Source: Paecilomyces variotii (Eukaryota). Taken from it: a stretch of 64,000 nucleotides of DNA. The stretch lies in NCBI GenBank assembly GCA_004022145.1, contig RCNU01000011.1. One strand, 5' to 3'. The first letter of the stretch is position 1. Every line of letters begins with the position of its first letter. The position numbers and the translations under genes were made by a program. This document shows positions 58,369 to 64,000 of this stretch, piece by piece. Under the pieces are notes generated by a model. The model saw nothing but the letters and a program-made list of their open reading frames with translations, searched no databases and had not been told where the DNA came from.

Positions 58369-60341
58369 AGGCATTGTTTTATTTTAAATGCTCTCTGTAT
58401 TTTGCATAGAAGCGACATCTGGATATGAGTGCGACACATCTTCCTTTTTGGCACAAGTCAATATGTATACATCAGCGTGCATCATAACTAGACCGGGACA
58501 TCATCTCTCAAGTATATATAACCTGTGGCATGGGGTATGCTCACTCGATTGCCTAGCGAGTATCTCGATCCTGATCGGAGTCATTATATATGTATCCAGG
58601 GCTATTAAAAACTGCTGTACCAAATTGAACCGACTACTCTTATCTAAAAGCGCAGATTAAACACAGTGCTACCCCCCGTACTGTCCCTTATCATGGTCTA
58701 CAGACAGGTTTACAGTTCCCAGCGTCGTCAAGTAGAAGAAGTACCTGGCGTCATAGAGGGCTTGGCTTAGTTAGTTGTCCACTTTTTACACTCCCAGAGG
58801 CGGCGTTCGGATGATGATTGATAATAATTATGATGCGCAATCGGATCCCAGTCAACCGGGGGAGGGGGTTGGACGGGTCGAGAGCCTTCCAAAGTGGCCT
58901 TTTCCGTGTTGCCCTCTTTTTTTTTTTTTTTTTTTTTCTTTTGTGCCAACCTGCGGCGATTCGGACGGATCTCGGTAGGTCTTTTTTTCAAAGAAAGGAA
59001 AACGGATGGATGCGCTGCGATGTCTGGTTGGGAGTCTCTTGGCGGGATTTATTTAATTAATCAATCACGCGTGAGTATAGTAGAGTGTGAATGACGATAG
59101 TCGAAGTAGAAGTACTTGTTGTTGTTTCGCATATACGTATAGTTAGTTACACGTATACATTTATATAATATATTATAACAAGTCCAAGTCTAGAGTAATA
59201 GTTATGGTATATGTATGGTACTTATGAATGCATCTTTTCATTCGCAGCAAAATGACGAAAGAGGAAACCAAATCTCAAAACGGGGGAAATAATATTTAAT
59301 CGATCGCCCCCCCTTGTGGCATTCGTAAGAAATTCCCGCACGACGGAAGGTATCTAGTGGAAGCAATTCAGTCGTCGAAAAGTCTAAAACTCGACCCGGG
59401 TATTAGCTTGTTGGTCTGTGGTGAGTGAAGTAACTGCTAGTGCCCCGGCGGGACGGCGATCCATAGGAAGGAGAAGGATGGATGGGCTTTGGTTTCTGGA
59501 TAGGGGAGTAATTAATTCAGTCATTCCGTGAATTGCAATAATGCGACTGACAGGGAGTGGGCCAGCTGATAGGAATGGTATATGGTATAGTCAATAGAGC
59601 AGAGGTCAAGAGAATAACTGGCCAGCTAGATAGAAATCAATCTGAGGCTGCTGGTTCCTGGATAGAAGAATAGTAGTTAATACTAACTAATATTATTTCA
59701 GCTGAGAAAGAGAAGAGAAGATGCGCAGGTTGTGTTCCTGTATGTGACGAAACGGTATGGTACGGTATGGAAGGGCCGGAAGTATATGTCGGCCACGCAG
59801 ACGCGGTGGTAAAATACAGACTGGCGGTACCGACACGAACGGGATACGATACATACCAAACTCACCTCATCATCTCTCCATCGGCCTCCCTGACCGACCG
59901 CAGACTCTGGTTTCTCGTCTAGCACAATGAAACCAGCAGACGCGCCTCGCCGAGCCCTCGCCTGGCTCTCTCTCCATCCCCATCCCTTTCTACTCCCTCC
60001 CTCTTCCTCCCGGCGCTTCCTCTTCTTCCTCCTTCTCCTCCTCCATCCCTCCTGACCTTCCCACATCAACAGACTATGTCACCACCCTCACCATCCAACA
60101 TCGCCGTCCGCCAGACTTTTGCCTCGCTCTGACCGGACTCGCCGCACCGCTCATTCCTCACCCGGCCGATTGCCTACCACCAGCCTGACCGGTCGTTGAC
60201 ACACCACCAAACCCAACCCCCGTCACTTCCACCTTCAACAACACTTCCACTTCACAGAACACTTCTCCCTCTGGCCTCACCACCGGGGAACCAGGCATCC
60301 GACAGGATCGTTCGACTCTTTGCAGGACAACACGAGTGAAC

Positions 60342-61185
60342 ATGCCGGCATCTACGACTACTTCGTCCCCTACCTCGACCAACGGCCGGATCAGCCGGTC
60401 GGAAAAGCCCAACAACAAGACCGTCATCCTCAAGCTGTCCTCCGGTCTCTTGGGTCGGTTCCCGGGCTCCTTCGATGACAAGGAGAACAACGGGGTCAAG
60501 GAGAGTAATGCGTCGTCGCCCGTATCCACTGCAGACCCTGCACTTCCAGCCTCCTCCGCCGACAATGCATCTGACGTGGGCTCAACCACGCCGGCCACAA
60601 TGAACGAGGCGTCACGCCGCAAGGGCGTCCCGGGTCCAAAACCGGGCAGCAAGAGAGGACTGCACCAGGTCGGCGAGGTGCTGCCCAAGCCACGGGGAAA
60701 GCCAGGTCCCAAGAAGAAGCCTAGACTGTATGTGCCTCTGCAATTTCTAAAAAAAAAAAAAAAAAAAAATTTGGGGGGGACGAATTGCTAACTGATACAA
60801 CAGGGAGGACGGTACTATCGACCACACCAGGCTCGCTCCCTCTGCGCACAAGCTCGGGCCTAAGGCCAACCAGGGTGCCATCAATGCAGGTCTGCGCGCT
60901 CTCGATCGCAGCGGAGCTGCCTGTCGCAAGTGGGAACGTAAGCCCTTCCAGCTCAAGAGCTTCACGGGCATTGTCTGGCAGGTCCCTACTTGGCGGACCC
61001 CGAAACCGAAGGTGGAGAACGGAGAATCTCAGGACGGCGTCGCAGAGACTGGCGACAGCGACAGCAAGGCCAACAACAGTGCCATTCCTAGCGAGAAGAG
61101 CAACTCCGGGGACGACAACCTGACGCCCAACCCGATGAGCAGCATGGCCCAATCTCCGACTCCTACCATCTCCATGACCGCTTAA
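60342..61185 (+). CDS. ies4: INO80 complex subunit Ies4-like (DUF1711), 2 exons
   Basis: Motifs VILKLS and KPRGKPGPKKKPRL; intron about 60728-60803; then HKLGPKANQGAINAGLRALDRSGAACRKWERKPFQLKSFTGIVW. Confidence 0.8.
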
Positions 61186-62584
61186 GGCGGGAATTGATAC
61201 ACAAACGGATTCCTCTTCTTGTACAGTACTTTGATGTCATGGTTGTTTTTCATTTTCTTCCTTTTGCTACGGAATATGGCGTATGTATCTGGGCGGGGGG
61301 TTCATGTTGCTGTCGGTTCAACTTTGTGTTATTCGAGGGTTCGAGGGCTAAAAAGCGGGAGTGAGGGTTTACGTGCAATGGGAGCGCGTGTGCTACAATA
61401 TGGATGATGGAGCCGAACCGGACTGTCTCTGGATGCGCAAGCCTTGGGTCTGTTCACTTTTTTTCTGGCTGATCTGCATGGCTGTGATATGCTTTTTTTG
61501 TAATAATAGATTTCTACGCCAGTCACGGATGGATAATGTCGACGACCTCTTCCGACGTATCCTCCCATCTCTCTGAAAATATGAGCGATTACTGGTCATT
61601 TCCTGACATTGTACACTCCAGTACTTCTACTTGACCTGCATGCATGCTATGGAAGCAATAGTTTGATTCGATTCTGTGCTTACTTCTGCCGTCTAGCCAG
61701 CCATATACTCGATCATGGTCATTGGCCGTTACCTCACGTGCCCTCGGCTCTTTACCATCAGCTGAGATTCCCTGCTGATGGCTCTTTGTTTCCTCCAGCA
61801 GACCAGGAATCAGTTACTCTGTGAGACATGATCCCAGGATGTAATTTATTTGGCAGAGATATCTATCCCATGCATCTGTCCTACAGGAGAGGGTCGACCT
61901 GATCCCAATGACAAGAGGAAGAGCAATCCAACATTGGCACCAACTCGGATCCTGCTCTCACTGCTGCTGTCAAACCCCAGGATGCTGATGCTCACTGCGG
62001 GGTATGTAAGAAGCTCCTGGCTCGGGCAAACCCGACTGGTCTTCACGAACAGACGCCACATGTCGGTTATGATCTCGTGTGCCCCGAGAAGAAGAAGAAG
62101 ACTATCGTATATCACCTGCTTGTGTTCATGCGGGGGTTACTTATTCTCTTGGGGATACCTTTTTATTAAGAGACTAAGGATGCGAGATGTCTAAAATAGG
62201 CAGCCTTCTGCCGTAAGTAATTAGAGTACCATAGATTGTTGAGATTGAGAGATGGGCTGGAATGGATGTTGGACGATGATGCAATAGTTATCCAGACAGA
62301 ACTCCTGAGGAATGCGAACCAAGTGTTAAGATCCGGAATCTGGGGATGAACCCGCATAGAGTCGAGTAGAGTTAGTTAGTTAGACAGGCTGACAGACAGA
62401 CAGACAGACAGATGCAGAGGATTTAACTGCAACGGTTTCCTCCAGCATCCCCTTCCCCGCGTTGCAAAGCAAGAGGCCCTGGTCGTGTTCTCGTCTCGTC
62501 TTTCTTCCGTCTTCCGACCCCCTCAAGTAGAAGAACGTACGACCAGGACTGGGATGTTCGTTTCATCGCCATCTTCATCATCGT

Positions 62585-62617
62585 CTTCTTCTTCTTCTTC
62601 TTCTTCTTCTTCTTCTT
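62585..62617. repeat. (TCT)n microsatellite; a (GACA)n tract lies nearby at about 62391-62410
   Basis: About 10 consecutive TCT units read directly from the sequence. Confidence 0.9.
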
Positions 62618-62957
62618 TCTTTCTTTACTTCTGATTTCAGTGGCATCCATCATGCTGGCATCTACTGTCTTGTCTTCTACTGAGGTGGCCCAGAGTAGCT
62701 AAGTACAATACTAGCTTGTCTGCTTCCTCTCTCTTCTGGGGTTGCTTTTTCTGCTCCCGGCCTCGACTCGCCTCCGTTTACGGAACGAGGAAGAATAGAG
62801 CGGACCACGAGGGGATTCGACAAGAAAACGAAAAAAAAACCACCTGTCTGCTGCAGGCCAATTTGATCTCAGCTCTGCCACTGGGTAGAAGGGCAGTTTC
62901 ATATGCTCCTCCGGGGCCGTCGGTGGTTTACTTGTTCCTATCACGGACGACGACAGC

Positions 62958-64000
62958 ATGACCAATGCTCCTTTGCCCCCAGGGTCCGGTGGAGCTCCTC
63001 CAACAACCTCATATTCCGGCCCAAGCATTTCATCGATGCCACGCCGTTCCTCCTACGCCTCCGTCGTGTCTGGTATCGCCGCCTCGCCACAGAATCACAG
63101 TCATAGTCCCTTCTCGCACCTGGCCAGCAACGGCATCGTCGCCAGCTCCACCCCGGCCAGCTTCTCCTCCTACCCCCCGCAATACTACCATCCCGACGGC
63201 ACCATCAGCTCCAGCAACACCGCCAGCCGCCTTGCCCGGCACGCCTCCGGCTTGGATGCAGACATGCAGATGAATAACGGCGGAGGGAGCAGCACTCCCT
63301 GGAGGAGGGCCGGTGGCTCGCTGCCCGCCTACTCCAGGCAGTTCGCCCAGCATCCCGGATACGAGAGCTTCTACAGCGGAGCGTCCATCGACGACGACTT
63401 CTTCGTCCCCTCTTACCTCCGGAATTCCCGCTATATCGCGCGTCTCGAAGCTGCCCATCGCTCAAAGCTCGCCGCTCAACGAGAGTCCGTCTCGAATCCG
63501 CCGCTCTCCGCCTCCTCCAGCCATGTGAATCTACACCGTATCGCACCCTCCCACCGCGGAATGACGTATGATATTATCGAGAAAGAGCCGTCACACGAGG
63601 TAGACAATGTGATGCCGCTACCGTCCCGATGGAGTGAATCGGACAAGTACGCTGGTCTCGAGCTGTTGAACGACGGCCTCGAGGTCCGGTACATGGGACC
63701 CCCAAACAAGCACGACCATGAGGCCGCCGCGGTGCGGGCGGACTACCCTATGCCCCCGCAGTGCGGGATATACTATTTTGAAATCACTATATTATCCAAG
63801 TCGAAGGAAGGGTAGGTTGAGATTTTGTTTGCGGGTAATGTGTACTACCGGGACAGACTTTGGCTGACTGGGATACAGGATGATTGGAATCGGGTTCTCA
63901 AGCTCAAAGGCCTCCGTCGAGAGACTGCCGGGATGGGAGCTGGAGTCGTGGGCCTATCATGGAGACGATGGCAAGTCATTCTTCGGCGAGAGCCAAGGCC
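62958..64000 (+). CDS. RanBPM/RanBP10-like SPRY-domain protein (GID/CTLH complex); runs off the window end
   Basis: LPSRW..DK, AAAVRADYPMPPQCGIYYFEITI; intron about 63812-63878; then IGIGFS..RLPGWELESWAYHGDDGKSF. Confidence 0.88.

Noticed and set aside
58917-58937. Poly-T run (also poly-A at about 60749-60768 and 1273-1283) as retroposon tails
   Set aside because: No adjacent element body or target-site duplication. The 60749 run lies inside an intron; these are simple homopolymers.
1-64000. CRISPR arrays, rRNA or tRNA genes
   Set aside because: Eukaryotic DNA with no regularly spaced repeats and no rRNA or tRNA signatures that I could recognise by eye. A covariance-model scan would be needed to exclude small RNAs.

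Overview
Intron-containing fungal genomic DNA from a filamentous ascomycete. Gene content and GT..CTAAC..AG introns fit the Eurotiales (inference). About 27 protein genes can be read. Conserved housekeeping blocks lie at 1-13 kb (CRT10-like, ITT1-type RBR ligase, CAX4, FAR11/HAM-2, MAK16) and 34.7-64 kb (TFB6-like, RRP7, DMC1, GIS2/CNBP, UAP1, PPIL4, a Zn2Cys6 factor, RPS24, EFM3, RPA43, a DnaJ protein, IES4, a RanBPM-like SPRY protein). Between them is a patchier 14-34 kb stretch: CYP504B (phacB-like), a decayed Zn2Cys6 gene, an FSY1-like transporter, PRX1, MSO1, an atypical kinase, GDPD and AT/TpA-rich relics. The highlight is an intact, intronless 749-aa ORF (22366-24615) with the full SPOK spore-killer architecture: coiled coil, PD-(D/E)xK nuclease, C-x3-C-x13-C-x5-H cluster and kinase. 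It is bracketed by a degenerate 27-bp direct repeat and decayed flanks, making it a candidate single-gene toxin-antidote meiotic driver. All family assignments come from motif recognition; no database search was run.
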